From a virus (Duplodnaviria > Caudoviricetes), in IMG/VR virus record IMGVR_UViG_3300037400_002094, positions 1-64,000 of that record: a stretch of 64,000 nt of DNA. One strand, given 5' to 3'. Positions within the stretch are counted from its first letter, which is position 1; each line of letters starts with the position of its first letter. The position numbers and the translations under genes were made by a program. Shown piece after piece: positions 39,953-50,338 of the stretch. Under the pieces are notes generated by a model. That model was not told the DNA's origin. It did no database searches and saw nothing but the letters and a program-made list of their open reading frames with translations.

Positions 39953-40975
39953 ATGGAAACTAAGAAATTTAGCGCAAATATTAGCGCAGAGGAAGTCGAG
40001 AGACAGTATGCTGAGATGCATACGCCACAAACAAAAACTAAGAAGACTCAGTTTGACACAAAGAATTATTTACAAGCAAGATTGGGTGAAAAGGAGACTT
40101 CTAAGACCTTAACAATCAGATTATTGCCTATCACCCCAGATAGCAATACAGCATTCCAAAAGATTCACATGCACACTGTTCGTGTAAATAAGGAGATTTC
40201 GCCTAATGGGTGGAAGGCTTTCGTGTGCCCTACAAAGAACAAGGTAGATGGTAAACTGATGGGTGATAAGTGCCCATTCTGTGAGATTTCTGCCAAGGCA
40301 AAGGAGCTTAAGAACCAGGCACTTGACGAACCAACCAAGAAGAAGTACGGTGATGTGGAGTTTTTGAATAAGGCAAAGGACATGTGGATTGTCCGTTGTA
40401 TTGAGCGTGGGCATGAGGAAGACGGTGTTAAATTCTGGCTTTTCCCAGACAACAGGCAGGGAAAAGGAGTATTTGACCAGATTAGAAACCTTGCAAAGGT
40501 AAGGAGTGAGGCAGCAGCAGCTAAGGGAAATAACTACAGTATTTATGATGTTAATAACGGACTTGACCTTATCATCACACTGACTAAGGGTGCTGATGGT
40601 AAGACAACCACACTTATTCTTGACAGTGGAATTCCTTCACCTATCACAGAGGACTATGAACTTGGTGAGAGCTGGATTAACGATGAGAAGAAGTGGTATG
40701 AGGTTTATACCGTTAAGCCATATGACTACATGGCTATAGTGGCAGAGGGCAAAGTACCTGTGTTTAACAAAGAACTTAGCAAGTATGTCAGCAAGGAAGA
40801 CATGGAGAAGTTGAAGGCTGAGGCAGAGGAAGAGAAACTTGCTGAGGCTGCAACAGCATCAAAGGACTATGGCGCAATAGCAGACGCTGAGAAAGCTGCT
40901 GATGTTGCTACTGATGGAATTATAGATGGTGCTAAGTTTGACACTGAGGATGAAGTTGAAGACCTGCCATTCTAA
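39953..40975 (+). CDS. Single-stranded DNA-binding protein (T4 gp32-like)
   Basis: IRLLP, H..CP..CPFC zinc site, GLDLIIT, acidic DLPF tail; promoter at 39858-39889. Confidence 0.85.
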   Translation: METKKFSANISAEEVERQYAEMHTPQTKTKKTQFDTKNYLQARLGEKETSKTLTIRLLPITPDSNTAFQKIHMHTVRVNKEISPNGWKAFVCPTKNKVDGKLMGDKCPFCEISAKAKELKNQALDEPTKKKYGDVEFLNKAKDMWIVRCIERGHEEDGVKFWLFPDNRQGKGVFDQIRNLAKVRSEAAAAKGNNYSIYDVNNGLDLIITLTKGADGKTTTLILDSGIPSPITEDYELGESWINDEKKWYEVYTVKPYDYMAIVAEGKVPVFNKELSKYVSKEDMEKLKAEAEEEKLAEAATASKDYGAIADAEKAADVATDGIIDGAKFDTEDEVEDLPF

Positions 40976-41001
40976 AATAACTTAGGTAAATATTGTTATG
41001 A

Positions 41002-41619
41002 ATGAACAAACTTTTCTTCTATTATGGGAGTATGAATAGTGCAAAATCACTACGACTCCTTACAACAGCATACAATTTTGAAGAAAATGGGCTTGATATT
41101 ATGTGCCTTAAGCCATCTGCTGACACCAGGGATGGCGAAGGCATTATAAAGTCCCGTGTAGGGCTTGAAAGGAAGTGCGTGATGGTTGACCCAGACGTTA
41201 ACCTCTATAAGGCTATAAAGGACTACAGGAACATCTTGGAGGCGCAATTCCACAACCTTAAGTGGGTGCTCATAGATGAGTGTCAGTTCTTGACCGAGAA
41301 ACAGATTGACGAGCTGTCAGATGTTGTTGATTTCTTGGGAATAAATGTCATGTGCTTTGGACTCAGAACTGATTTCCAGAGTAAGTTGTTCCCAGCATCG
41401 AAGAGGCTGTTTGAACTAGCTGACGAAATTGAAGAGATTAAGTCAACTTGTCCATGTGGTGAGAGAAAGACATCAATCAATGCAAGGTTCGATGAGAACG
41501 GTGAAATTGTCACTGAGGGAGAACAGATTATGGTGGGTGGAAATGATATATACAAGTCTATATGTAGAAAGTGCTGGAAGAATAAAATAAGGGATAAGAA
41601 ATTAAAAGAAAGTGAATAG
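41002..41619 (+). CDS. tdk: Thymidine kinase
   Basis: GSMNSAKS, IDECQF, FGLRTDF, C.CG, CRKC. Confidence 0.96.
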   Translation: MNKLFFYYGSMNSAKSLRLLTTAYNFEENGLDIMCLKPSADTRDGEGIIKSRVGLERKCVMVDPDVNLYKAIKDYRNILEAQFHNLKWVLIDECQFLTEKQIDELSDVVDFLGINVMCFGLRTDFQSKLFPASKRLFELADEIEEIKSTCPCGERKTSINARFDENGEIVTEGEQIMVGGNDIYKSICRKCWKNKIRDKKLKESE

Positions 41620-41621
41620 AT

Positions 41622-42806
41622 ATGAAACAACCAGTTAAGAAAAAGGAATTTAAGAGGCCAGACATTCACAGTATAAAGGAGAAACTTGGTTTGAAGATGA
41701 AGTCAGATGCTGACCTTGTTATGTCTGCTGCGGATAAGCCAATGGATTTTATACCGCTTCCAGAGGCATTCTCTGATGCTATTAAGCTTCCAGGAATACC
41801 AAAGGGATACCTAACAATTGTTACTGGATGGTCTAACACTGGTAAGTCAACCATAAAGAACTGCCTTATTGCATCATGTATCAATAACGGTATACTACCA
41901 GTTATCTACGAGACTGAAAACAACTTTGACTTCAAGTATGCAATCGACTGCGGAATGAAGGCTACACCTATCTATGGCGACGTTGAGGTTGAGGATGTTG
42001 ACCCAGAGACTGGAGAGATTACTACCCACATGGAGAATAGAATCATCGACTACGATGGACCGTTTATCTACTACGATAATAAGATTCTTGCTGAGGTCTA
42101 TGGAAACAGGGACTATTCAACAGGTAAGGAGTCTAAGACAAAGCGTAAGCAGGCTGTTCTTGAGGACATAGCTTATTCAATAACTGATATCCTCGATGCA
42201 CAGGACAGAGGTGATATTCAGCAGCCAATCTGCTTCATTTGGGACTCAATCGGTTCTATACAGTCATTCAAGTCACTTGAGAGCAAGACAGGAAACAACA
42301 TGTTTGATGCTGGTGCTATTTCACAGGCATTCCAGGACATTATCAATAATAGGATTCCTTCATCAAAGAAGATTAGTGAACCTTATACAAACACATTCTT
42401 CTGTGTGAATAAGATTTGGAATGACTCCATGAACTCAATGGGTGGTGTACCTTCAATTGAGTTAAAGGGTGGCAAGACCATGTTCTATGGTGCTAGATTG
42501 ATTATCCACCTTGGAGGTATTGGTAAAGCTGCTACTAAGAAGCTTACGGCTACTGCGAAGGGACAGACCTACAACTACGGTATCACTACCAAGATTAGAA
42601 CTACCAAGAACCAGTTGCCAACTCCTTGGAATATCACATATGAGGGTGAAATGTCATGTGTACACAATGGTCTGCTAAGCCCAGAGAAGCTTGATGAATA
42701 CAAGAAGGTATATGTGAAGGATATACTTACCAAGCTTGAGGAAAATGGTGCTAGCAACATCAGTGAGGCAGACATCAGATTTGCGGAGGAAGAAGCAGAT
42801 GAATAA
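41622..42806 (+). CDS. RecA/UvsX-like recombinase
   Basis: GIPKG...GWSNTGKST, YETEN, WDSIGS, KGG..MFY. Confidence 0.88.
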   Translation: MKQPVKKKEFKRPDIHSIKEKLGLKMKSDADLVMSAADKPMDFIPLPEAFSDAIKLPGIPKGYLTIVTGWSNTGKSTIKNCLIASCINNGILPVIYETENNFDFKYAIDCGMKATPIYGDVEVEDVDPETGEITTHMENRIIDYDGPFIYYDNKILAEVYGNRDYSTGKESKTKRKQAVLEDIAYSITDILDAQDRGDIQQPICFIWDSIGSIQSFKSLESKTGNNMFDAGAISQAFQDIINNRIPSSKKISEPYTNTFFCVNKIWNDSMNSMGGVPSIELKGGKTMFYGARLIIHLGGIGKAATKKLTATAKGQTYNYGITTKIRTTKNQLPTPWNITYEGEMSCVHNGLLSPEKLDEYKKVYVKDILTKLEENGASNISEADIRFAEEEADE

Positions 42807-43200
42807 ATTGAAACATCCTTATGAATTATTCGGTATTGAGTGTGGTAAGGGTTGGAAGAACCTTTACCAACCAATACTCGATAAGGTAGAGGAGATAAAC
42901 AAGGATAATCCAGACCCCATAGAAATCCTCCAGGTTAATGAGAAATTCGGTAGGCTTAATATCTACCTATCGAGGTATGAGAACGGGTTTCTGGAGGACA
43001 TTATGAAGGCTTCAGAGCAATCCTCGCATGTATGCGAGGAATGTGGAGAGCCAACAGAACCAAAAGAGACTATTGGCTGGGTATACCAGTTATGCGATAA
43101 GTGTTATGATAAATTCAAAGTAAGAACTAAACAAATTTTAGACAGTTATGAGAGTAAAATTAAATCCAGAGAGGAGAATATCAGTAAAGAAGCTGACTAA
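42799..43200 (+). CDS. Hypothetical zinc-ribbon protein
   Basis: ECGKGW, QVNEKFGRL, CEECG, LCDKC; ATG at 42799. Confidence 0.75.
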   Translation: MNKLKHPYELFGIECGKGWKNLYQPILDKVEEINKDNPDPIEILQVNEKFGRLNIYLSRYENGFLEDIMKASEQSSHVCEECGEPTEPKETIGWVYQLCDKCYDKFKVRTKQILDSYESKIKSREENISKEAD

Positions 43201-43663
43201 CTCCGACTTGAGTAAAACAGGAAGAACTCACCAGACACATATAGGTCTGTGTGATAGTAGTTTAATCTTCAGAGACCGTGCCAATTCAAGGGGAAGGAGA
43301 AAGACCAAGTATTCTGCGCTACTTATCTACAATGACAGACTCTACATTGAGCCTTGTGAAATTAGAAAAATCACTAGGAAAAATGGAAATCGTGAGTGTA
43401 CAAAGGTATCTATGGGTAACAGGAATGAGGACAACCTTATTAAGAGAATTCGTGACATCGCTTCAAACAGCGAGAGAGACTTCTACATGATGTGGTTTGC
43501 ATCTGACAACAATGTTCCAGTATTCATGCTATTGAAGGATGGTACTGAAGAGTTCAGTAAGTTCAACGCAATATGCGACTTCAGTAAGATTCCTAACAAG
43601 AAGACTCTTACATTTGCTGGAAATGACGGCGTATTTGAGGAGATAGAATCAGTAATTGGATAA
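43148..43663 (+). CDS. Hypothetical protein, possibly EcoRII-N/B3-like DNA-binding fold
   Basis: KKLTNSDL....THQTHIGL resembles the KRLSAND....HQ.G motif. Confidence 0.45.
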   Translation: MRVKLNPERRISVKKLTNSDLSKTGRTHQTHIGLCDSSLIFRDRANSRGRRKTKYSALLIYNDRLYIEPCEIRKITRKNGNRECTKVSMGNRNEDNLIKRIRDIASNSERDFYMMWFASDNNVPVFMLLKDGTEEFSKFNAICDFSKIPNKKTLTFAGNDGVFEEIESVIG

Positions 43664-44576
43664 TGTTATGAAGTGTTATGAAAAGGTATTTACTCCAGAG
43701 GAAGCCATTGATATAGTTGAGAATAGGAATGATAACTATAGGAAACTGAAGAAGGACAAGGCTACGGAGTATGCTAAAATGATGAAAGCTGGCAAGTGGT
43801 GTGAAGATAATGGAGAACCAATCACTTTCTATGAAGATGGCAGACTTGCAAATGGGCAGCACAGACTCTATGCATTGCATAAGAGTGGAGTACCGTTAAG
43901 GTTCTTAGTTGTTGAAGGTATTTCCAAAGAAGCAACAGAAACAATAGATATGGGTTTCAAGAGAAGTTCTGAGGATGCCATAAGATATAAGCTTAGAGGT
44001 ACTGACAAGGAACTTGCAGTTGGTGCATATTCAATCACAAAGCAGGTGATGCTTCTCAGAAAGCATTGTAGAGCTAACGGACAGTCACCATATAAGATGA
44101 ATCTGACAGAAGCTGAAACAAGGGATGAATGTTTAAATGATGTCGAAGGATATAATGAGGCTTCTGAATTTGGAAAGAAGATAAAGAAAGATAGTAAGGC
44201 TATTAAATCGAATGAGGCTGGGTCTATATTCTATTATCTGGTACATGATTTTGGACTCAATAGAGAATATGTGAAGAACTATTTCGAGAAGCTTTGTTCA
44301 GCAGCAAGAAGCGACAAGAGTATTTTCAACACCACAATCTCTAATTTGGCTAAGCCATTAACAAACAGTGAAAGATATGATGAGCTTATTTGGGGCTGGA
44401 ACTCATACGTTCGTGGATGCACTAAGAAAAGATGTCAGTTCTCTGGGTGGTTTGAATTACCAGAAGATAAAGAATGCTACGGTGAAAGCTCGATAACGTC
44501 AATGCCTGGCTGCATTACGGAAGAGGAAGCGTCAGCACCATCTTTTCAAGTACTTAGAGTAACAAATAATTCTTAA
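43656..44576 (+). CDS. ParB/Srx-like N-terminal domain protein
   Basis: NYRKL, YAKMMKAGKW, GEPITF..DGRLANGQHRL. Confidence 0.8.
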   Translation: MDNVMKCYEKVFTPEEAIDIVENRNDNYRKLKKDKATEYAKMMKAGKWCEDNGEPITFYEDGRLANGQHRLYALHKSGVPLRFLVVEGISKEATETIDMGFKRSSEDAIRYKLRGTDKELAVGAYSITKQVMLLRKHCRANGQSPYKMNLTEAETRDECLNDVEGYNEASEFGKKIKKDSKAIKSNEAGSIFYYLVHDFGLNREYVKNYFEKLCSAARSDKSIFNTTISNLAKPLTNSERYDELIWGWNSYVRGCTKKRCQFSGWFELPEDKECYGESSITSMPGCITEEEASAPSFQVLRVTNNS

Positions 44577-44585
44577 AATATATTA

Positions 44586-44632
44586 AAAAAGTGAGATAGA
44601 TTTGGTTATCTCACTTTTTTTGTATACTTTTG
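44586..44632 (+). promoter_or_regulatory. Terminator hairpin overlapping a sigmaA promoter
   Basis: GTGAGATA/TATCTCAC stem, TTTG (44601-44604) in the loop, 20 nt to TACTTTTG. Confidence 0.75.
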
Positions 44633-44637
44633 CATCG

Positions 44638-44734
44638 TTGTTTGAGTTGTTTTTTAGATTAACCTTTAAATCTAATCGTTGTTTGATTGTTGATAACGTT
44701 AAGGGTAGGAAAAACTCTTTTCCTACCCTTTTTT
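44638..44734 (+). ncRNA. Candidate small RNA of about 95 nt
   Basis: Promoter, short U-rich stretch with hairpin TTAGATT/AATCTAA, then terminator AAGGGTAGGAAAA/TTTTCCTACCCTT-T; no ATG ORF. Confidence 0.4.
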
Positions 44735-44735
44735 A

Positions 44736-46145
44736 TTATTCTTTTCCAGTTGGTGATTTCGGAGGAGTTCCGTACTTTCCGATTCCAGAAGGGTTATTCC
44801 AACGTCCTCTTGGGTTTTCCTTCGTGTATTCCGCTGTTTCGTCTCCGTTTCTCATTTTATGTGCGTATGATGGATTGAATTTGTTTCCAGTAGCACCATG
44901 AGTTGCCGTAATTATCGCATAATCTCTTACCTGTTCTCCAGTATCTTTTACAACGCCACCCTTTTTGTCATGACATACAGCACAAGAGATACCACATGGC
45001 GATTTAATCTTGTTAAGTTGTTTTGTCAAGGCAGCTACAATAGGTTGGTCAACCATTTTACCGTTCTTTTCGATTTTTGGATATACTTTCCTTAAGTGTT
45101 TAAGAGTATAAGGAGGCTTATCAAGTATCTTTTCACAATATGGATATTCAATCTGGTCTTTCCTGTCTTTCCAGAAGCTGCAAGGACACACATAGTAATA
45201 TCCAGACTCATCATCACTCATGCCCCACCTACCCCATTGAAGGATTGGCACTGTTATGTCATCGGTAGTTCCGTTTACTTCAAGCTTTTTCTCAACGCTA
45301 AATGGAACTTCCTCAGCTTTTTTACTACTCTTTAGATTATTGGCAATTTTCCATTCCTCGTACTCACTATCATATTTATCACTAATGAAGTCATAATCAA
45401 CAACCTGGTGAGGAGCAGCAAAGAAGTTTCTCTTCATAGAATCTATTCCCATTCTATCCAACACCTTATTAGTTGACGCATTTATAGCCATGACCTTAGC
45501 TGCATCTTCCAGACTTGCAAGTCTTCCGTTTGCAGTATAAGCCATGCACTTCACGCCATATTCCTGTTCAACTTCCTGTGCAAACTTAACAGCAGCCCTA
45601 ACAACGCTGTTGGTTGGGAAGTCACCAGCTTCATTAAATCTAACCCATTTTATAGGTGTCTTTGAATTTTTTAGACCATCGATATACATTTTAGCGATAT
45701 CGAATATCTTATCTACCTTGTTGGTGGCTATAGCACGATTAACAAGTGTCTGAACTTTTACATTCTTTGAACGTGTGTCCTTAAGACGATTCTCACCAGC
45801 CACAGCATAACATGCAGCCTGTGTCACTGGGCATTGACCAGCAGACGGACAAGCAAATGCGGATGTGAAGTTTATGATAAGTGTATCTGGGCTTAACTTT
45901 GCATTACCTACTGAGAAAGGACCTCCTGCTATCTTCATGTCATTCTTATAACCAGGTAGTTTATAGAAGTCAGCGAATGCCTTGTTGTCTTTATTATAGT
46001 CCTTGCCATAAAGTTCACTAGCCAAATCTTCAGTTGCCTGGTTAATTTTGTCTTTCAGCTTTGCTGGTAGGTTTCTAGATTGTTCTCCGATAACACTTTC
46101 TTTTATAATGCGATGTAGTTGCCTATTAGTTAATTTAAATTTCAT
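44736..46145 (-). CDS. GP88-like Cys-rich (Fe-S) protein with N-terminal leader
   Basis: GNAKL, CPSAGQC....CYA, VRFNEAGDF, YTA, C-terminal CPC..CGISCAVC; leader MKFKLTNRQLHRIIKESV. Confidence 0.7.
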   Translation of the reverse strand: MKFKLTNRQLHRIIKESVIGEQSRNLPAKLKDKINQATEDLASELYGKDYNKDNKAFADFYKLPGYKNDMKIAGGPFSVGNAKLSPDTLIINFTSAFACPSAGQCPVTQAACYAVAGENRLKDTRSKNVKVQTLVNRAIATNKVDKIFDIAKMYIDGLKNSKTPIKWVRFNEAGDFPTNSVVRAAVKFAQEVEQEYGVKCMAYTANGRLASLEDAAKVMAINASTNKVLDRMGIDSMKRNFFAAPHQVVDYDFISDKYDSEYEEWKIANNLKSSKKAEEVPFSVEKKLEVNGTTDDITVPILQWGRWGMSDDESGYYYVCPCSFWKDRKDQIEYPYCEKILDKPPYTLKHLRKVYPKIEKNGKMVDQPIVAALTKQLNKIKSPCGISCAVCHDKKGGVVKDTGEQVRDYAIITATHGATGNKFNPSYAHKMRNGDETAEYTKENPRGRWNNPSGIGKYGTPPKSPTGKE

Positions 46146-46228
46146 GATTTTAAATTATTTAATAATAAATATCTTAAAAATTTTGTTTTTTAACTTTTTT
46201 TATATATCTTTGCATAAAATAAAAGATA

Positions 46229-47407
46229 ATGAGACAGCCTATAAAGAAAAGAGTTGCTGAGGCAAATAATATCACAACTAACAAATGGATATATACCTTA
46301 ATAGTTGATGGTAACAACCTGCTTAAAATCTCCCTGGTTGATAGAAGGATGAACGACAGGGGAGAGGTATATGGGGCAGTATTTACATTCATACGCCTGC
46401 TTGGAGAACTGTTGAAAAGGAAGGATTTTAACTACTGTATAGTATGCTGGGACGGAAGGGGTTCTGGTGTCCTCAGATGGAAGTACTACGAGGACTATAA
46501 GGCTAATCGTGGTAAGAACTATGAGAACAACGCCACCGAGAAGACAGACTATGAGAAATATATAGAGATTTTCCAGAAGGCTGTGTATGCCAGTAAGAAG
46601 AAAAAGTCTGAAAAGGAAATAGAAGATGAGCTGTTTGAAAGCCAGAAGTATATAATCCAGACTATGCTTGAGGAATTGTGTGTAAGGCAGTATGAGTTCG
46701 AGAACGTTGAGGGTGATGACCTCATTGCAAATTATGTGAAGAACAAGAAGGACAATGAGAAGATTGTGATATTCTCCTCAGATAGAGACCTAACACAGCT
46801 TATATCAGAGAATGTATGTGTGTATATACCGAATAAGAGGGATTTAATCAAGGATACTGATACAATTAAGGTACTTGGTATTACGCATGAGAATATTGTC
46901 TTGGAGAAAATGCTTTGCGGAGACCCATCTGATAACATAAAGGGGGTAAAGGGAGTTGGTCAGCAGACACTTATTAAGTATTTCCCAGAGATTGTTGACA
47001 GAAAGATTGATTTGGACTTCATCATAGGGCGTTCGAAGGAGATATTGGAGGAGAGGAAGCAGCACAAGCAAAAGCCTCTCAAAGTGCTCGAAAACATCAT
47101 TAACGGGGTCACAGATGGTTGCCAGGGGGATAAGCTATATGAGATTAACAGGAAAATTATAGACCTGTCAGAACCATTGTTAACCAAGGAGGCTGCTGAG
47201 GAGTTGAATGATGTGTTGTATGCACCAATAGACACTAGCAACAGGAATGTAAAGACAGCCTATAAGATTGTGAATGACAACAGGATGTTTGATTTATTGG
47301 ATGAGACAAAGTTCGGTGACGTTTTAGCACCATATGGTCGTATAATTTTAATGGAGAATAAGAGATATGAAAATTTTTTGCAAAAATGCGACTTTTCTAG
47401 CAACTAA
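46229..47407 (+). CDS. 5'-3' exonuclease/flap endonuclease (T4 RNase H-like)
   Basis: VDGNNL, WDG, YKANR, EGDD, SSDRD, GDPSDNIKGVKGVG. Confidence 0.95.
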   Translation: MRQPIKKRVAEANNITTNKWIYTLIVDGNNLLKISLVDRRMNDRGEVYGAVFTFIRLLGELLKRKDFNYCIVCWDGRGSGVLRWKYYEDYKANRGKNYENNATEKTDYEKYIEIFQKAVYASKKKKSEKEIEDELFESQKYIIQTMLEELCVRQYEFENVEGDDLIANYVKNKKDNEKIVIFSSDRDLTQLISENVCVYIPNKRDLIKDTDTIKVLGITHENIVLEKMLCGDPSDNIKGVKGVGQQTLIKYFPEIVDRKIDLDFIIGRSKEILEERKQHKQKPLKVLENIINGVTDGCQGDKLYEINRKIIDLSEPLLTKEAAEELNDVLYAPIDTSNRNVKTAYKIVNDNRMFDLLDETKFGDVLAPYGRIILMENKRYENFLQKCDFSSN

Positions 47408-47427
47408 TAATATTAAAGTAAATAGCA

Positions 47428-47790
47428 ATGAGAACTATAAAAGAAGTTGTGAGTAATATTGACCCCAATAGTAAGATTTTCACTGACTTGGAGGTTAGGT
47501 GTGTTTCTATCAAGCGTTTCTACAAGGAGTTGAAACAGCAGGGTAGGATAAGGGACATAGTGCGCCTTAAGTGCTTGTTTCACTATTACCCAGAGACTAT
47601 GCTTGAAAAGATTCCATTGAGTCATATAAAGTCTTGTGTGGATAGACCAGATACAGTCAGAATGATGGTATCGAATGACAGGGATTGGTTCTTCTCGTTT
47701 GAGAAGTATGCAATAGAAAAGATGAATGGTAAGGGTACTACTAGTCGTAATTTCTATCTCAAGGACATGTATGAATATTTTGGAATCTAA
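47428..47790 (+). CDS. Hypothetical protein
   Basis: 120-aa ORF. Confidence 0.7.
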   Translation: MRTIKEVVSNIDPNSKIFTDLEVRCVSIKRFYKELKQQGRIRDIVRLKCLFHYYPETMLEKIPLSHIKSCVDRPDTVRMMVSNDRDWFFSFEKYAIEKMNGKGTTSRNFYLKDMYEYFGI

Positions 47791-47903
47791 TTTTTTTTTA
47801 GCTAAAAATTTGTTTTTTTAACATTTTTTATATATCTTTGCTTCAGAAAACTGAAATTGATTTGTGAAATATTTTTTTATTGTTTAACTTAACATTTTAA
47901 TTT

Positions 47904-48725
47904 ATGGAAGTAATTAAGGAAAAGGATTACAAAGAAGAGAGATTTGAGTTTACACTCTACGTTAATGACAACATTATTTGTAAGAGAAACTTTAGAATCT
48001 TCAACTTCATTGAAAACAGTATGAACACCTTGAATTTCAAGTTAAAGGTCGATGAAATCGTCAAATTGATAGACGATGACTTGAAATCAAAGAGTAGAGT
48101 TTACACATGGTATTACTACAATCCAGCAGACCCAGTGCCAGGAGACGAATTCGATTCCAAGTTGATTGAGCCTTGGGCTTGCACCTTCAAGTTCGTAGTG
48201 TCTGACAACAAGCGTGATGTCATCACGAGAATCTGGGATGGTTACGCATATCCTAAGGCAATCCGTGAAAAGGTAGACCTAAGCAACAAGAGCGTGAAGG
48301 TGACTGGAAAGGACGGGCAGACATTCGTTTACGACAAGGAGTCTTTCTTTAAGGCAAATGAGGGTAGACTATCATTTGAGCATGAGGTATTGAGAAGTAT
48401 GATTATCGACAAACCAGACGTGCTTTTACAGATTACCAAAAAGATTTGTGAGGCTTGCTCGCCATCACGTGAGGAAATCAAGGAGAAGGGCTACTTTGAC
48501 CCAAAGGACAACTCCAAGTATCTTAGCCAGTTCACCACTGTGGAAGAGTACTTTCCAGGCTCAACCAAGGAAACGGCAGAGGATGGGACTGTAGTGTGCA
48601 AGAAGATTGGTAAGCCTAAGAAGTATGCTTACAGTCTGTATCTTGCAAATAAGAGGAATGAGAACGCATGGGGACGTGCGGTAGCAGAGAAAACTAAAAA
48701 GTATCTAAGGTCTTTATATTATTAA
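47904..48725 (+). CDS. Hypothetical protein upstream of helicase
   Basis: 273-aa ORF, promoter box TATCTTTG at 47833. Confidence 0.8.
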   Translation: MEVIKEKDYKEERFEFTLYVNDNIICKRNFRIFNFIENSMNTLNFKLKVDEIVKLIDDDLKSKSRVYTWYYYNPADPVPGDEFDSKLIEPWACTFKFVVSDNKRDVITRIWDGYAYPKAIREKVDLSNKSVKVTGKDGQTFVYDKESFFKANEGRLSFEHEVLRSMIIDKPDVLLQITKKICEACSPSREEIKEKGYFDPKDNSKYLSQFTTVEEYFPGSTKETAEDGTVVCKKIGKPKKYAYSLYLANKRNENAWGRAVAEKTKKYLRSLYY

Positions 48726-48740
48726 TAGGAGGTTTATACG

Positions 48741-50141
48741 ATGGCTCAACAGAGAAAGGATAATTTAGGGTATCTTGGTGAAGCATACCAGTACAAATTA
48801 GCCCATGAGTTCATGGAAAATCACACTTTCTTTGAGGACTTAAGCCCTATTATAGACCAGAATATGTTCACAGACCCCAATCTTAAGACGTTTGTGGGTG
48901 TGATGAAGAACTATTATGAGCGAGAGGGTAGTGTTCCTAAGTACGACTATATGGAGATTGAGCTTAGGAACATATCTCACTCAGAGAAGGAAACCGAGAC
49001 ATATCTGGCTGTACTGGAGAAAGTTAAGGAAGCACCATCAAACGGTGTTGAGAGGACGAGAGACCTTGCTGAGAAGTTCTTCAGACAACAGAATATAATC
49101 AAGACCGCAAACGAAATTCTTAAGGTGGCTGGTGACGGTGATTCGGATAAGTATGATGCATGTGTCAACCTGTTGAATGATGCGATGACAAAGGGAATAC
49201 ACAATGACTTTGGTGAGTGCCTGTTCGACAACTTAAGCGAAACGCTGTCTGATGACTACAGAACCCCGATTCCAACAGGTATTGGAAAAATTGATGAGAT
49301 TCTTGAAGGTGGACTTGGAAAGGGAGAGTTAGGCGTTATAATCGGTCCTACTTCCTTCGGTAAGACCAGTCTCACCACAGCTATGGCTTCACATGCTGCA
49401 TTGAGTGGATTCAAGGTGTTGCAGATTGTCTTCGAGGATAGAATCAAGCAGATTCAGAGAAAGCACATCGGTAGAATTACTGGAATTGAAGCAAAGGACT
49501 TGTCAAAACCAGGGGTCATAGAACAGGTGAAGCAGACCCTTGAACAGTTCCCAGATAAAGAGAAACTACAGGAGAACCTTAGAATTGTCAAGTTCCCAAG
49601 TGGTGAGAAGACAGCAAGACAGATTGAGAGGTTCATCAAGAAACTCATAAACACTGGATTCAAGCCAGACCTTACCATTGTGGACTACTTCGAGTGTCTT
49701 GAACATGAGGCTGATAAGTCAGTTACCAACGAGTTTGAGAAAGAGGGTAGAACGATGCGTAGGTTTGAGGCAATGGCTGGAGAGCTTGATATGGCAATCT
49801 GGATTCCGTCACAGGGTACAAAGGACTCTATAAACCTTGAACTCGTAACGATGGATAAAATAGGCGGTTCTGTCAAGAAAGCCCAAATAGCACATGTCAT
49901 AATGTCAATAGCCAGGACTGTGGAGGATATAAGCAATAACAAGGCCACAATAGCCATCCTAAAGAACAGAGCTGGTAAGAGTGGAAAGGTGCTTAACAAC
50001 GTGGAATTCAATAATGGTACATGTAGAATCAGCACCGATAACGTTGATGAATATGACAGTATGTACGAGGTCAAAAAGAAGGAACAGGAGGATAGGTTGG
50101 CACTTGGAAGAGAGGTATTCAAGCTTGCCAAAAATACCTAA
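48741..50141 (+). CDS. Replicative DNA helicase (DnaB/T4 gp41-like)
   Basis: PTG..ID..L.GG, GPTSFGKT, IVDY, SQ, KNRAG. Confidence 0.93.
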   Translation: MAQQRKDNLGYLGEAYQYKLAHEFMENHTFFEDLSPIIDQNMFTDPNLKTFVGVMKNYYEREGSVPKYDYMEIELRNISHSEKETETYLAVLEKVKEAPSNGVERTRDLAEKFFRQQNIIKTANEILKVAGDGDSDKYDACVNLLNDAMTKGIHNDFGECLFDNLSETLSDDYRTPIPTGIGKIDEILEGGLGKGELGVIIGPTSFGKTSLTTAMASHAALSGFKVLQIVFEDRIKQIQRKHIGRITGIEAKDLSKPGVIEQVKQTLEQFPDKEKLQENLRIVKFPSGEKTARQIERFIKKLINTGFKPDLTIVDYFECLEHEADKSVTNEFEKEGRTMRRFEAMAGELDMAIWIPSQGTKDSINLELVTMDKIGGSVKKAQIAHVIMSIARTVEDISNNKATIAILKNRAGKSGKVLNNVEFNNGTCRISTDNVDEYDSMYEVKKKEQEDRLALGREVFKLAKNT

Positions 50142-50338
50142 AATTTTCTTTAGATTTTTTTTTTAGACCACACCAATTTGGCTATCAATGAGTTATAAAA
50201 TTGGTAGCCATTTTCTTTTCAAATCGACTTCATTTTTACCACACGAGGGTATATTTATTTTAACATTGCAATGGTAAAAAAAAAAAGGTTGACCGAAAAG
50301 AGAAGAAAATAATTTAATTAAAAAAAGAACTTTTGTTT

